Assembly: GCF_001194135.2 (NCBI RefSeq)
Contig: NC_068985.1
Coordinates: 42,894,293 to 42,958,292, forward strand
Length of the DNA: 64,000 nucleotides
Direction of reading: 5' to 3'
Origin: Octopus bimaculoides
Lineage: Eukaryota
Below the pieces are notes generated by a model. The model was not told where the DNA came from. It did not search any database and saw nothing but the letters and a program-made list of their open reading frames with translations. Position 1 is the first letter of the stretch. The number at the start of each line of letters is the position of its first letter. The position numbers and the translations under genes were made by a program. Shown here piece by piece: positions 38,951 through 52,705 of this stretch.

Positions 38951-38969
38951 CAATAATAATAATAATAAT
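38889..38969. repeat. (TAA)n microsatellite
   Basis: Direct sequence. Confidence 0.95.
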
Positions 38970-39859
38970 TGTAATGTATTTATGTATGTCTCCAAAAACC
39001 AGAAAGCAAGCGCCATGATATTAGTCATGATTGCTGGCAGTTAATACCTCAAACATGAACATCAAATGTAGATAGCCACCTCCAGCTGGTTGCTATAACA
39101 GAAAGTGAGGAATTAGGAACAAGATTTGGCACCATTCGCCCCCACCACCACTACCAGTAGCTATATCACAGCCACTGTGGTGGGGATGGTTGGTGTTAAA
39201 ACTAAGTCAGATTATCTGAGTCTATCTTCAGGTTATATCCTTTTACTGGGACTTGAGCACAGCTCTGCACCCAAACAAAACATTGCCATGCTCTACATGC
39301 TTGTTAGAATATATATATATATATATAGGTGTGTGTATGTGTATGTGTACTACTACTTGTTCCAGACAAAAGCTGTGGCCTTTCTAAAGCACTACCATTA
39401 GTGGGGCTATCAGTTTATTTTATTTCATCTCATTTCCTCAGCCCTGTCTTAATGTTTCATAAAGGGAGTTAGATATTCCTACACTTTGAGTTTCTTAATG
39501 TGATGTAGGTTCAACTGGCATCTCAGACATTTGTTTCAATGTTTTTTTAATTCATCTCTATTTATGCCTCAGATACCTTTCAATAAAGTACTGAAAAGCT
39601 GTGGGCCCCTGAACCTGTCACCTGTTGCAATATTGGTTCTTATTCAAGATAGAGGTGGGCTCATTGGTACTGATGCATTTCCTGTCACCAACCCTTACCA
39701 GTTTTCAACTAAGGGATTTTTATTCCACAAGTCTCTGAAAATACAGAGCAACTGGTCATAATGTCTATAAGGAATGTATACTTCATATCACTGGTAGTAG
39801 AAAGCAAAGCTGTGAGATATTGATATTTATGCACATTTGCATGTGAGTGCACACATACA

Positions 39860-40250
39860 CACACACAATCAGCATCATTGTTTTAACAACTACTTTTCCA
39901 TGATTGCATGGGTCATGCCCCCACCCACCCTGTCACCAATCCCTGCCTATTTCTTAGCAAGGTAGTATTTCCCTATGGCCAGATATATTTTCGAAGAAGA
40001 TCAGAAATGAAGGACACTGCTTGTGCAACTGTGACATTCATTTACAACCATCACATGGTGTCAAGATGAAGAGACACGAGCTCACATGCATACACATATA
40101 CAACAGGCTTCTTTCAGTTTCCATCTGTTAAATCTACTCACAGAGCTTTGGTTAGTCTAGGGGTATGGTAGAAGATACTTGCCCAAGGTGTCATGCAGTG
40201 AGTCTGAACCTGAAATGACATGGTTGGAAACAAACTTCTTAACCACACAC
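39860..40250 (-). mobile_element. Composite SINE A head + RTE-like tail (A2)
   Basis: Same order as 5820-6238. Confidence 0.8.
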
Positions 40251-40420
40251 TTGTTTATGAACAAATATAATGTCAAAGACAAAACATTAATTTGATGGTA
40301 ATGATAGCAGTTTCTCATTTCTGTAATATATGGCAGCTAGCATGCTTACCTCATTAGCAGATATGTAGATTGATTATCAATGGGATCTACTGCAATTTTT
40401 TTTCCTTGTAGACATTTGTT

Positions 40421-40424
<4 letters not shown>

Positions 40425-40511
<87 letters not shown>
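40425..40511. repeat. (CA)n-(TA)n microsatellite
   Basis: Direct sequence. Confidence 0.95.
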
Positions 40512-40516
<5 letters not shown>

Positions 40517-41339
40517 CTGACATTTATTAATATAAAAAATCTCAACTATTGAGATTATATTTGAATGCCTTAATGAGTTGTTTGAGTACCAAGCGAAAAG
40601 TTTGTCTTCCTGTAGTGTATTGACAACCCATCCCTCTCTATATTACTACACACAGAAATGGAAATTACAGATGTGAAAATAAGTTAACTCATTCCACCAG
40701 GAACCAAACCTTGTTTTGTAGATATCTCTTAAAGATACCTCCTCTCCCTCCTCCTACTACTACAACAACACAGAGATACAAGTTCTGTGGCAGTGATTAA
40801 GGTAATAGATTTAAACCCTTTAAGATAATGCCTTTCTATTGTGTAGATATCTCTTTCCACCATCGGGTGAAATTGAAATCAATTTTCTATTGTTCCAATA
40901 TTTCAAGCTAACACTTCCTGTTTGAATCTCTGGACTTGTAACAACAAACTGGCCTTATGAAATCCTCATGATATCTACATTTAAAGAATTAGCCAAACCT
41001 GCAACAGAAAAAAACAAAAAAACACTGAAATTGCAATCTTGAGAAGCTTATATGTCTCAAAGAACTTTGGTATTTAAACTTCTGGTGAAAAGCCAGAAAT
41101 GACTAAGTTTTTTTCTTCTTAAGTTGTCTTAGTGGTGAAGAACTTAGAAATCTTGTAGGGAATACATCAGGTTTTAGTTTTAATGTAACTAAATATAGCC
41201 ATTCATGTTGTTGATGTTCCATATAAAGTGATATGGTTGATTGCATAATTGCTTTCATTACATTGTTGCTGCTGTTGTTTTTGATATTGTTGTTGTTTAG
41301 CCCCAGGTCAATTCTGCTCAAGCAAACATTTCATCAACA

Positions 41340-42660
41340 CTGTACTGAAAGCTAGAATATTTGGTGAAGTCAGTCTTGCATAAGTCACAAACAGATAGTC
41401 AAGCAGATAGTACAGGGAAGTGTTTTGCCCTCTGATTGGTGTATCAGTATTATTCTCAATTACTACAAGGGAAAAGGGGATGCTATAGAGAAAGGCAAAG
41501 TGTTAGCTAAGATATGAAACATACAAAAAGTACTATAGCAGAACTGATTAAGAAAAGAATTTGCTGAAATGAGATACACTTCAGATTTGTACAAGGAAGG
41601 GTATCATAAATACCATTTTCCTACTGAGACAACTGTAGAAGAACTGAGCTATGAATAATTCACTTTATCTAGCATGGAGAAGTCCTCTGATAAGAAAATA
41701 AAAGGATAGATAAATGGTTTGTGAGAACTATACAAATCATGTACAGGGGTGTTATAAGTAGAGATGGAGTGGGCACTGAATTCAGTAGAGAATTTAGGAT
41801 GTAAATTGATGTACATTAAGGTTCAGTTCTTAAACCCCTTCTCTTTATTATAGTCCTCCATACCAATATAAAGGAGTTCCCTTGATTGCCAATAGCCTAA
41901 TTCTCATAGTTTAATTGGTCAATATTTAGAAAAGAAATTCCAAAGATGGAAGCAAAGCTAAAGCTAAGAAGCTTCAGAGTTAACCTAGTGAAAACTAAAA
42001 CTTTAGTTAACAGAGAAAATGACAGAACTCTTCTACCATCTATGCTCAGTATGCAGAAAAGAAAAAAGTAGAAATTCCGGAGGGAAAAATAAAGTCGTTT
42101 AATTGCTCAGAAGACTCATTAGAAGTAGTTGAATATTTTTGTTACTGAGGTGACCTAACTATCAATGGAGGAGGGTGTTTCAAAAACACAGTAGCTCCAG
42201 TAACAACGACATGGAAAAATTTCAGGGAGCTATTGCCTCTGCTGACAACAAAAGGATTCTTTCTTCAAATGAAGGTCAGATCATATGATGTTTATGTGTG
42301 AAATATGATGCTGCATGGCAGTGAAACACAACCCTTAATTGTAAATGATTAGTAAAGGTTAAAAAGAAATGAGTCAAGCATGTTTCACTCGATGTATAAT
42401 GTTAGTGTGTGTGAACAACAGAGCACAAATAAACCCAGAAAAAAACTGAATAAAATAGGAATCAGGTTTAATGTGTAAGAGAGAAAACTACTCTGGAATG
42501 GGTATGTGATGATATGGAATATGCCAGTCATATAAAGAAATGCTCTGCACTTCAAGTAAATGGCATTATGAAAGACATGATATGCAATGGTGAAGACTGA
42601 TCTCAGCCAACTAATGACCATGACTTGCTGTGAAACATTGAGCTGGAAAAGACCTGCTAA
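41340..42660 (+). mobile_element. Old degenerate RTE LINE RT fragment
   Basis: Nucleotide colinearity with 49250-50800 (e.g. DWC..YYKGKGDA, GSVL.PLLFIIVL, FRELLPLLTTKG, MLHGSET); many stops and indels. Confidence 0.85.
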
Positions 42661-42885
42661 TCTATGCAACCATGGAGAAGCAAGCAAAACATGGTGGTAG
42701 AGAGTTTCCCCACTATCACTGTCTCTCTTCTATTGCATGTATAATGAAATCCCTCCAACATCAGTCTTCTTTATAGATATCCAGCACCATTTTTCCCATT
42801 TACTTTCATATCTATCATTCATTATTGACTTCCATTGCTCTCCTTCTTCTATCACTCTCTCAGCTCTACCATGTAGTTGTGCATC

Positions 42886-42920
<35 letters not shown>

Positions 42921-44446
42921 CATGCATTACTCTTTCTTTGATCAACCTCTTGTTCTCATTCTCAGTTATGTGGGAAAGACAAGAATGAACATGTGAATGG
43001 AGACAGTACAGGAAAGAGGAGACTCTCTTTAATATTGCTGAGGATGAGACAACCTCTCTTGTGCTGGTGAATCAACAAACAGGCACAATGTATAGTTTAT
43101 GAATATTCTGTAGTTAAAGAATTAGTCTTATTTCACCTAGGTAAAGTATTAAGTAAGAGTTTGAACCTAGTGTGTTATGATATATAAATTCTGATATTTG
43201 TGGATGTTAAAAAAAAAACCTTCACTATTTTGCTGGGTCCAAGCAAGTGTATGGCATACAAAATGCTTAGGAACAGCACACAGACTTAACCTTTTAGTTA
43301 TTCCATGCCTGTCACAGCCTATCTCTGCAACTATACACTGCACTCTGTTATGCACTGATTGCTTGTACCAAGAGTAGTGAAGTACAGTCAAAACATGCTG
43401 CTTAATCAGTTTGTACAGTTCATACATGGTCAAAAGTTCAAATGGTAATCACAGCTACAATGAACAGATATAATAAATGTTCTGCCCCTTCTATCCACTG
43501 ACATAAGTTTCTACAAGAACACAAATTCAACAAGTTTGCTGTATATTCTTTTGTTACTTTAGATCCATTATTCAATAACCTACCTTACTAGCAATGCCCA
43601 ACATCAAGTGTTCTTTGATATACTTTTGCTCTAATTATTTGAATATCATATACAAGCTCATGTGCCCCATAATCAAGTTATGCCAAAGATTATTTAGTAG
43701 AGGCTTGAACCAAAGCTCCTTCAGGGTAAAATGATATTGAACAGTTAACTGTATCTAGTCATTGGAGAGAATGTGGTCATTGGAGAGTTGTTAGATAGCA
43801 TCACCTGGTCTGTATTCTTGAAGAAAGAGGACAACCTAGTTTTACTGAAAAGTGTATGCCACAACATACAGGATTTATTGGTTATTCTTAGTGCAATATA
43901 TACATATACCTAAAGATACTTTAAAAGCTCAGAAAACTGATGTGCTTAAAGATTTAAATGTTATTCTAAATAAACTCTCAAATACCAATTGAAAATACAC
44001 ACCAAGTAGCTATCTAAGAAACACTTTAAGTGTATCCAACTAAATAACTTACAAGTATCCAGCTAAATAATTTCTCAAGTATCTTTATAAAAACACTCCT
44101 CAATATATGTTCAGAAAATCTCTTCACATCCACAAACAGAAAACATTTACACTTATGACAGTCTACTCCTATCTAGGAATGACCAAACATTCACACATGT
44201 TAATAACACCTCCATCAATACATCACTTCAGAAAATGTTTGATTCTAACCAACAGAAAGATGAGGATTTGTAACATACTTTAATCATATTTCACAATTTG
44301 ATTCTCATCCTTCATCACTTTGAAAAACCACTTTAATGTCAAACCAATGAGAGAGCTTCTTTGCAGTAGTTCAATATGTTAGCCATAACAGTTAAATTTC
44401 CTACAAATCAGACACACTACAATATTTACAGAAAAGAAACATTTAA

Positions 44447-44667
44447 CCCTATGGCATTCAGATTACTCTGTAAAACATAATACTTATTTATTTAGATTAT
44501 TTTCAATTAATCATGCATTATCTTGCAGCTTTGAGATTTCAATGATGCGATTGTATATTTTTAGAATGACATTGTATGGTAGGTGTGAGAGGTCAAAATC
44601 TGGCTAATTTGAACTTTAAAAATGTAGAATAGTTCGGTCAGATATGACCAGTTTAAATACGAAAGGG
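44447..44667. mobile_element. piggyBac-like MITE
   Basis: TTAA flanks at 44443-44446 and 44668-44671, CCC...GGG termini; inverted homologue of 3582-3801. Confidence 0.85.
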
Positions 44668-44845
44668 TTAATGAATAATGTAGTCTTAGGTGTACCACCT
44701 TTAAAATGGCTTTTGTCATAGATCTGCCCAATGAAGAATGACCTGGGGCTAACTACAACCTCTGAGCTTGCTAAAACTCTTTTAGATATGCAATTCACCT
44801 GACAGGTCACCTAACAGGTCTTCTCACTTGAAATCTTTGCATAAT

Positions 44846-45146
44846 TCTTTTGATGCTAACCCAACCCACCAGGGACTACCTCTGATTTAAATATACAAAC
44901 TTTTTGTTTTAAACTAATTGAAATTAAAACCTTCCACCCAAATTTCATATAAAATTATATTCCAAACACCTGTTTAATAACAACAAAGTTATTTTACAGT
45001 TCTATATTTAAGAGATGAGGAATTATGTACATTATTTACAATTGATGGATATTTGTCCTCAAAGTTATTTTATTTTTCGTTATTTTCAGAATTAACTAAA
45101 ACAAGAGCAGTGTATTTCAACAGAAATATGGTAATGGAAGACTTAA
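44846..45146. mobile_element. Degenerate piggyBac-like MITE carrying a 64-bp insertion
   Basis: Similar to 29296-29503. Insertion 44997-45060 is flanked by AAAGTTATTTTA. Confidence 0.6.
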
Positions 45147-45789
45147 GGCAAAAGACACAAATTTAGAGAAAGGAAATATTTCAAACCTCTGAAAAAAAAA
45201 AAAAAATCAGCAATATAAACCAAAATGGCGGTGCCCCAGCATGGCCACAGCTTATGAGCTGAACTAGATAAAATGAAAAATGAATTTAAAAATAAAAATA
45301 GATTTGTTACTTTCTTCTCTCACTATAACTTTGGAGATGGTAAACATGGAAGGGATAAAGATGGTGTTTGCATAGCGGCAAAAAACAGCTGGGAAAATAG
45401 AAGTTTGGTTTCAATAAGCAACAGAAAACTTATGACTGGTATAGAATGTATAGAGAATGGTAGAAAATTAGTTAAACTTGGTCGTTTGAAACAGGAAAGG
45501 GTGTACGTAAACAGTAATGGGAGGTAAACAATATAAACCAAAATGCAGAAAGTTATATAATGCAGAAAATAAAATAGAACAATAAACAGCAATTTACTAC
45601 TTTAAAGCTTTAAAACAAAGTTAACAAATATTAGAGTATCCTGCAGAGTTATCACCAGCATCATCATCGTTTCAACATCTTCACTGTTTTTCATCATCAT
45701 CTGTATAACAATTTTTTTATCATTGCTTCTATCATCTACATAACCATTTTTAACATCATTATCATTATTATTCTCATCATCATCAATGT

Positions 45790-45945
45790 GCAAGCATGGC
45801 TGTGTGGTTAAGAAGTTTGCTTTCCAACCATATAGTTTCAGGTTTAGTACCACTGTGTGACACATTGGGCAAACATCTATTATACCCCTGAGCTGACCAA
45901 AACCTTGAGTGGATCTGGCAGATGGAAACTAAAAGAAGCCTGCTG
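45790..45945 (+). mobile_element. SINE family A head
   Basis: gcatggctgtgtggttaagaagtttgc...gatggaaactaaaagaagcc. Confidence 0.8.
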
Positions 45946-46144
45946 TATATAAATGTATATAAATATATACATAATCCACACCAAGTTTTGTATATAGACA
46001 ACATCACACTCATATCCAAGTATAACTAACTCAATCTATACAATCCATTCATATTCATTGTCTTTCATGAGTGTTTAAATGAAGTACTCAGTACCAATTG
46101 TAATTAAGATAGAGATACAGGCTATCAGAATATTGGTAATTAGG

Positions 46145-46540
46145 TTAAGGATCTCCTTCTCCTCCTCTGTATCTTCTTCCTTCTCCATCTCTTCTGTCTC
46201 CTTCTCCCCTTCCCCTCCTTTGCTTCCCCTCTTCCATTTCCTCCTCCCCGCTGTCTCCTCCTCCCCCCTCCCTTCTGTCTCCTCCCTCCCCTCTGTCTCC
46301 TCCTCATCTGCCTCATTTCCCCCTCTGTCTCCTCCCCTCCCCTCTGTCTCCNNNNNNNNNNNNNNNNNNNNNNNNNNNNNNNNNNNNNNNNNNNNNNNNN
46401 NNNNNNNNNNNNNNNNNNNNNNNNNNNNNNNNNNNNNNNNNNNNNNNTCATCTCCCCCTCTGCCTCATCTTCTCCTCCTCTGTCTCATCTCCCCCTCTGC
46501 CTCATCTTCTCCTCCTCTGTCTCATCTCCCCCTTTGTCTC
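46145..46540. repeat. Polypyrimidine (CT-rich) low-complexity tract with a 96-N gap (46352-46447)
   Basis: Repeated ctcctcccctctgtct motifs. Confidence 0.9.
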
Positions 46541-46590
46541 CCCCTTCCTCCTAACATAGCAAGTTCAATTCTGTGAATAATACAGTGAAT

Positions 46591-46623
<33 letters not shown>

Positions 46624-47164
46624 TGGGGAATTGGCCCTGGCACTTGACTGATCCTTTAATTTATTGATCCTCAGTAAGATGAGTGGCAATGGCTGACCTT
46701 GCAGGATTTGAAGTGAGAGTGCAGGAGAACCAGAACAAATACTGTAAGGCATTCTATCCTTATTCCCCAACAAGTCTGCCATTTCAATAGTAATGGTTTG
46801 TGTTATTAGCTGATAAATAGTATGGCTTTCTGTGAGTGGCTAAAAGTATATTTATTCTTCCTCAGAAATGTCAACAACAGCTGAAAGAATGACTATACAT
46901 AAATTACATCCAACAGTTATGTTTATGTAATTTTATTGCGTCTTTGTTTAAATTTGTAACTAAATTTAATAAATAGCTGCAGGAAAAAAAAAATATACGT
47001 TTGTCAAATGATTTCTATTAAAATACCAGCACCATATAAATCTCTGTGTAAATAAGTTTAAATTGATGCAATTATAAAGCAACAGCAATAGCTATAAAAA
47101 AATATATACAATAGTAATAATGATGGTAAAATTGTTATCTAGATGATGGCGATAAGGATAACTA

Positions 47165-47390
47165 TTTCAATGTCCACTTTTCCATGCTTGCATGGATTGA
47201 ACGGAATTTTATTGAGGTAGATTTTTTTATGGATTTTCAATACTCTTCCTGTTGCCAAACCTCATGTTTCCAAGCAAGCTAATATTTCCCCATGGCCAGA
47301 CATGTTTTCACAGAATATTGGAAGTGAATGACGTTGCTTATATGACAGTGACACTCATTTACAATTATCATTCACACAATGTAAAGACTA
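47165..47390 (-). mobile_element. RTE-like tail body (A2 type)
   Basis: atgtccactttccatgcttgcatgg...ttccaagcaag...ccccatggccagacatg. Confidence 0.75.
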
Positions 47391-47422
47391 AAATATACTC
47401 CTACCAATACACATACATACAG

Positions 47423-47645
47423 TGAGCTGGCAGAAATGCTAGTACGCCAGGCAAAATGCTTAGCAGTATTTCATCTACTGTTACATTCTGAGTTCAAATT
47501 CCGCCGAGGTCGACTTTACCTTTCATCCTTTCGGGGTCAATTAAATAAGTACCAGTCATGCACTGGGGTTGATGTAGTCGACTTAATCCGTTTATCCTTG
47601 TTTGTCCCCTCTATGTTTAGCCCCCTGTAGGCAATAAAGGAATAA
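47423..47645 (+). mobile_element. SINE family B
   Basis: Near-consensus copy. Confidence 0.9.
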
Positions 47646-47657
47646 ATATACATACAT

Positions 47658-47701
<44 letters not shown>

Positions 47702-48139
47702 TAATAGCAAAAGAAGCAATATTATACCAAAAGGCTATCTTGATCTCCAGCTTAATGTGGACATTGTTAGAATTACAGAATACTGCATTATTTACCTTGA
47801 GAGGATCTCTCACATGGTCTCATGGTGCATAAAAGCACTTATAACTATATTGTTGACAGCAAAGAGCCATCTGCTATGGCCACTGGAACTGCCAGATCAC
47901 ATCATTTCACCCTGCTATAGGCTCTTTAGTGACAGATGTTCAGCAGCAACATAACAACCAAACCTCCTGTCAACAATATATCGAATACTAGCTGAATAGC
48001 CCGTTTTACAAGAGAATGTCTTATATAAATTTTTGTTTAATCCATGTCAGTCCATGCCTTCCCTGACAGATAGGCCTCTTGATTAGGACAGATTTGTGCA
48101 AATTTTCGAAAAAAACTTCATTGAGGATTTATATATGAT

Positions 48140-48313
48140 CAGAGCCATCTTAGCAGCATTATAAGGCCCCCTGAGCAAATCAGTGCCCTGAGACCTATAG
48201 TATTTATTTCTTGATAGCAAGCCATAACACACACAGAGCTTAATTGGACCCCTAGATACCTGAGGCCCTCCAGGTAACTGCCCTGTGTGCCCACACTTTT
48301 TAAGATGGCATTG
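48140..48313. mobile_element. hAT-like MITE
   Basis: TIRs CAGAGCCATCTTA and TAAGATGGCATTG; degenerate 8-bp TSD tatatgat/tctgtgat. Confidence 0.7.
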
Positions 48314-49188
48314 TCTGTGATATTTCATTCCATAAATTCTAAGTTCTGGAAAAGCTGCTCCTGTATATAAGTTTGGCAGCCTGACAGTTTGCTAGACGTT
48401 GTTGTTGATATTTTACTGAAGTCCCATGTGGAATTTGACAAAATTTCAAACATAACAGACAATTAAAACAGAAATATATAATGGAACGCAGAGAGAGAGG
48501 AAGAAATGAGAAGAGGTAATCATTGGGAAAGAGAAAGATTGTTTGAAAGTGTAAAAGAAATGAAAAGAAAAAAAAAAAGTTGAGATGCAGAGGAAGAGAT
48601 AATGGAAAATACATTGTTTTATAATTGTAGTGATATATTGGTGTTTATTGTAGTGTTAATGGCTAATGTTTATTATTTGTGATAACTGGTGGTGGTAGTG
48701 GTAATAGTGGAGGTTGTTGTAGTGTTATACACACACACACACACATATATATTTTTTTTCTTTAGTTTCAGTCCAAAGACTGTGGCCATGCTGAGGCACC
48801 ACCATCATATATAATTGTTGTTGATGTTTAACCCCATTTCAGCTCTAATGGAGCAGATCTAGGGTCAAAGGTATTCCAGCCATGGCCATCCAGTCTTCTC
48901 TCAAGTATGTTGGATTATATTATCTAACGTATCTATTCCTTTCCTAAGTTGTCAGTTGTGATTTAAAAGATTTAGCTGCTAGTTCTGTAGGTTAAGCAAG
49001 TGTGTGTGTGTATACAAGTACATGTGTATACTTACAGCAGATTTAACATTGTTTAACAGTGAACTTCTGACAACTTTCACAGTTTATCTCACTTGTACCA
49101 TATATGTGTGTTGAACTTTCATCATTAAATATCATATTTTCACTGAATTTGTTACAAAAAGAATAATAAAATCTTTACTAATAACATA

Positions 49189-51310
49189 AAAAGCAATTAG
49201 GGGTATGAAGACCAGGAAAAACCCCGGCTCATCAGGAATCACTGCAGAGATGCTTAAAATATCTGGTGGTGTTAGCTATAATCTGGTCACCCATATAGTC
49301 AATCAGGTGATACATGAAGGAGTCATACCCAATGACTGGTGTAGCAGCACCATAGTCAACTGCTACAAAGATAAAGGTGATGCATTATATACGAATAATT
49401 ACAGAGGTATCAAGTTGTTGGATCAGGTAACGAAAGTCACAGAGAGGGTCATAGCCCAACTAATTAGGGAGAGAGTTAGTTTAGACGAGATGCAGTTTGA
49501 GTTTGTGCCAGGGTAAAGCACCACTGATGCTATATTTCTGGTAAGACAGCTGCAAGAGAAATACCTAGCCAAAGATAAACTTCAGTACTTGGCTTTTGTT
49601 GACATGGAAAAAGCCTTTGACAGGGTCCTCCGATCCCTTATCTGATGGTCAATGCGGAAACTAGGGATAGATGAGTGGTTAGTGAGAGCTGTACAAGCCA
49701 TGTACAAGGATGATGTCAGTAAGGTGAAAGTTGGCAACAAGTATAGTGAAGAATTCCGGGTAGGAGTAGGGTCTACCAAGGTTCAGTCCTCAGCCCCCTC
49801 TTATTCATCATAATCCTCCAGGCAATAACAGAGGAATTCAAGACAGGATGCCCCTGGGAGCTTCTCTATGCTGATGACTTTGCTCTAATAGCTGAGTCAC
49901 TATCAGAACTAGAGAAGTTTCAGGTGTGGAAGCAAGGTCTAGAATCGAAGGGCCTTAGAGTCAATGTAGCAAAAACCAAAGTCTTAATAAGTAGGAAGGC
50001 AGACAAATCACAAATCCCTTCAGGTAGATGCCCCTGATTAATCTGTAGAAAAGGTGTAGGTAGAAACTCCATAAGATGTACCTGGTATAAGCTATAGACA
50101 CATAAGAGGTGCAGCAATATCAAAGGAAGGCTAACTGGGAAGATAGTTTTTGTGAGTGGCAAATGCTCAGGGGCAATAAACATTGAAAATGTTCAGAAAA
50201 CAGCTTCTGTCATACACCAAGGGAAAAAACTAAAAGTAGTTGATAGCTTCCATTACCTAGGTGACCAAGTCAGTAGCAGGGGTGGATGCTCTGAGAGTGC
50301 AGCTGCTAGAATAAGAATAGCCTGGGCAAAATTCAGAGAGCTCATACCTCTGCTGGTGACAAAGGGCCTCCCGCTCAGAGTAAAAGATAGACTGCATGAT
50401 GCATGTGTGCAAACAGCCATGCTACATGGCAGTGAAACATGGGCTGTGACTGCTGAGGACATGCATAAGCTTGCAAGGAATGAAGTTAGTATGCTCTGCT
50501 GGATATGTAATGTCAGTGTGCATACACAACAGAGTGTAAGCACCCTGAGAGAAAAGTTGGACATACGAAGCATCAGATGTGGTGTGCAAGAGAGACGACT
50601 GCACTGGTATGGTCATGTGTTGCATATGGATGAGGACAGCTGTGTGAAAAACTGTCACACTCTAGCAGTAGAGGGAATCTGTGGAAGAGGTAGACCCAGG
50701 AATATCTGGGATGAGGTGATGAAGCACGGCCTTTGAATGTTGAGCCTCATGGAGGTGATGACAAGTGACCAAGACCTTTGGAGAAATGCTGTGGTTGAGA
50801 ACACCTGGCAAGCCAAGTGAGATCGTAACCATGGCCTATGCCAGTGCAGCATGACTGGCCCATTTAAGAGTACCCTTCAATCATTGGGCAATAAACTGTG
50901 CTTGTGAAGCCCTGTTGAGTCAAGTGAAGCCATTGTTGTGACCGATGACAGTACCGCCTGATTGGCACCCATGCTGGTGGCACATAAAAAGCACCATTCG
51001 TGTGTGGTCGATGCCAGTGCCACCTGATTGGTCTCATGCCAGTGGCACATAAAAAGCACCATTCGAATATGGTCGTTACCAGTGCTGCCTGACTGGCTCC
51101 CATGCCTGTGGCATGTAAAAAGCACCATTCAAGCATGGTCGATGCCAGTCCTGCCTGACTGGCTCCCATGCTGGTGGCACATAAAAAGCACACACTATAC
51201 TCTAGAAGTGGTTAGTATTAGGAAGGGCATCCAGCTGTAGAAACTTTGCCAGATCAGATTGGAGTCTGGTGCAGCCTTTTGGCTTGCCAGCCCTCAGTTA
51301 AACCGTCCCA
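49189..51310 (+). mobile_element. 5'-truncated RTE-clade LINE (RT pseudogene, ORF end 50820; 3'UTR with 65-66-bp repeats)
   Basis: NYRGIKLL, QFEFVPG*STTDAIF, AFVDMEKAFDRV, QGSVLSPLLF, ELLYADD, FHYLGD, MLHGSETW, RLHWYGHV, GRGRPR. Confidence 0.95.
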
Positions 51311-51818
51311 CATAGGTACAGCACATGTGGAATAAACTGTGAAATGAATTAAATAAAACAAGTGTTAACTACTAAATATTTTAAAATCTGGCAATGATAA
51401 TTTTCTCAGTTATAACAGTATTCCTATAATCCTTTGTAGCATTACTGCAAACTGTGCCAGCAACACAGGACTATTATTTCATTCACATGATAGTGCCAAG
51501 AAGCTTTTGAAACATTAATAAATTTAGAAACAAGACTGTTCCAAAGTAAACATAAAGGGCAAACGAGGAAATATGAAAAAAAGTTTGATAAAACAGACTA
51601 AATAATTGTTTCTATAATGTGTGTGTGTGAGAGAGAGAGAGAGAGTACTTAAAGCAACCCCTAGTAGATATCCATTTTAAAGTATCACTGATAAGAAAAT
51701 GTCAAAGCAAAATGACTCAATATGTTGGAAGTGAAGAACACAAAAAAGTGATAGAAACTCTTCCACTTCACAGATAGCATATTAAACTGATATGAGAGAA
51801 GAATTCAGGGATGCACAT

Positions 51819-51872
<54 letters not shown>

Positions 51873-52422
51873 AGATAGGAATTATAGATGAACACTGAAT
51901 TGCTGTAGGCAACATTGTAAAGTATCGTTCAGATCTAATTTAAGAATTAAAGGCCAAATATTCAATCCAAGAAATATGTTTTACTTTCAGTCATATACAA
52001 TCACTATTTGTGCAGAAACCATTTCCTCAAAACATTCAAACCACAATAAACAATTTACAGTAAGATATTTATTCCAGTTCAGCTGGATTTCCTATAAAAA
52101 TAGAAATATTTATATTTACAGAGCAAAGACTCTACAGTGGATGTTACAGCATGATGTTAAACAATGTCACCCTATATCAGTTGAAGTATGTGCACATATG
52201 TTGCCAGATTGAATCAGTTGGTTCAAACAAAATTCATCTTCTCCACAACTCCATGCAAATATAATTACTATCTCACATTTATTTTAATTTTGGATTTTAT
52301 CACAAACTAGATAGTTAATGGTGGATCTATTTTCATAATGAAGGAACTCTTTAGTTGAACTCCGAGATTTATTTAAGGCGGGATTTTATGGCTTGAAGCT
52401 CTTACTCTTGCCAACTCTTACC

Positions 52423-52462
<40 letters not shown>

Positions 52463-52579
52463 ATTTAAGGGGTATCTTTATTTCACATGTTTTTAAAGTG
52501 CAGAGTGACCAGTCATAGCATCAAGAAAGAATGTCAGTATCACTACCAACACATATTCACATGCACATATTTATGATAG

Positions 52580-52705
52580 GCTTCCTCTGATTTCTTCCTA
52601 ACAAATTCCCTGACACACTTGCCCAATATGCTGCACAGTAGGACTGAACCACAAACCATGTGGTTGTAATATGAACTTCTTAATCACACACAGCCATACC
52701 TACAC
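52580..52705 (-). mobile_element. SINE family A head
   Basis: acacttgcccaa...ggactgaaccacaaaccatgtgg...cacacagccatacc. Confidence 0.7.

Noticed and set aside
46079-46576. Ser/Pro-rich 165-aa ORF
   Set aside because: CT low-complexity tract spanning an assembly gap.
50951-51189. CRISPR-like array or hammerhead in the 65-bp repeats
   Set aside because: No unique spacers and no CUGAUGA/GAAA core; eukaryotic LINE UTR context.
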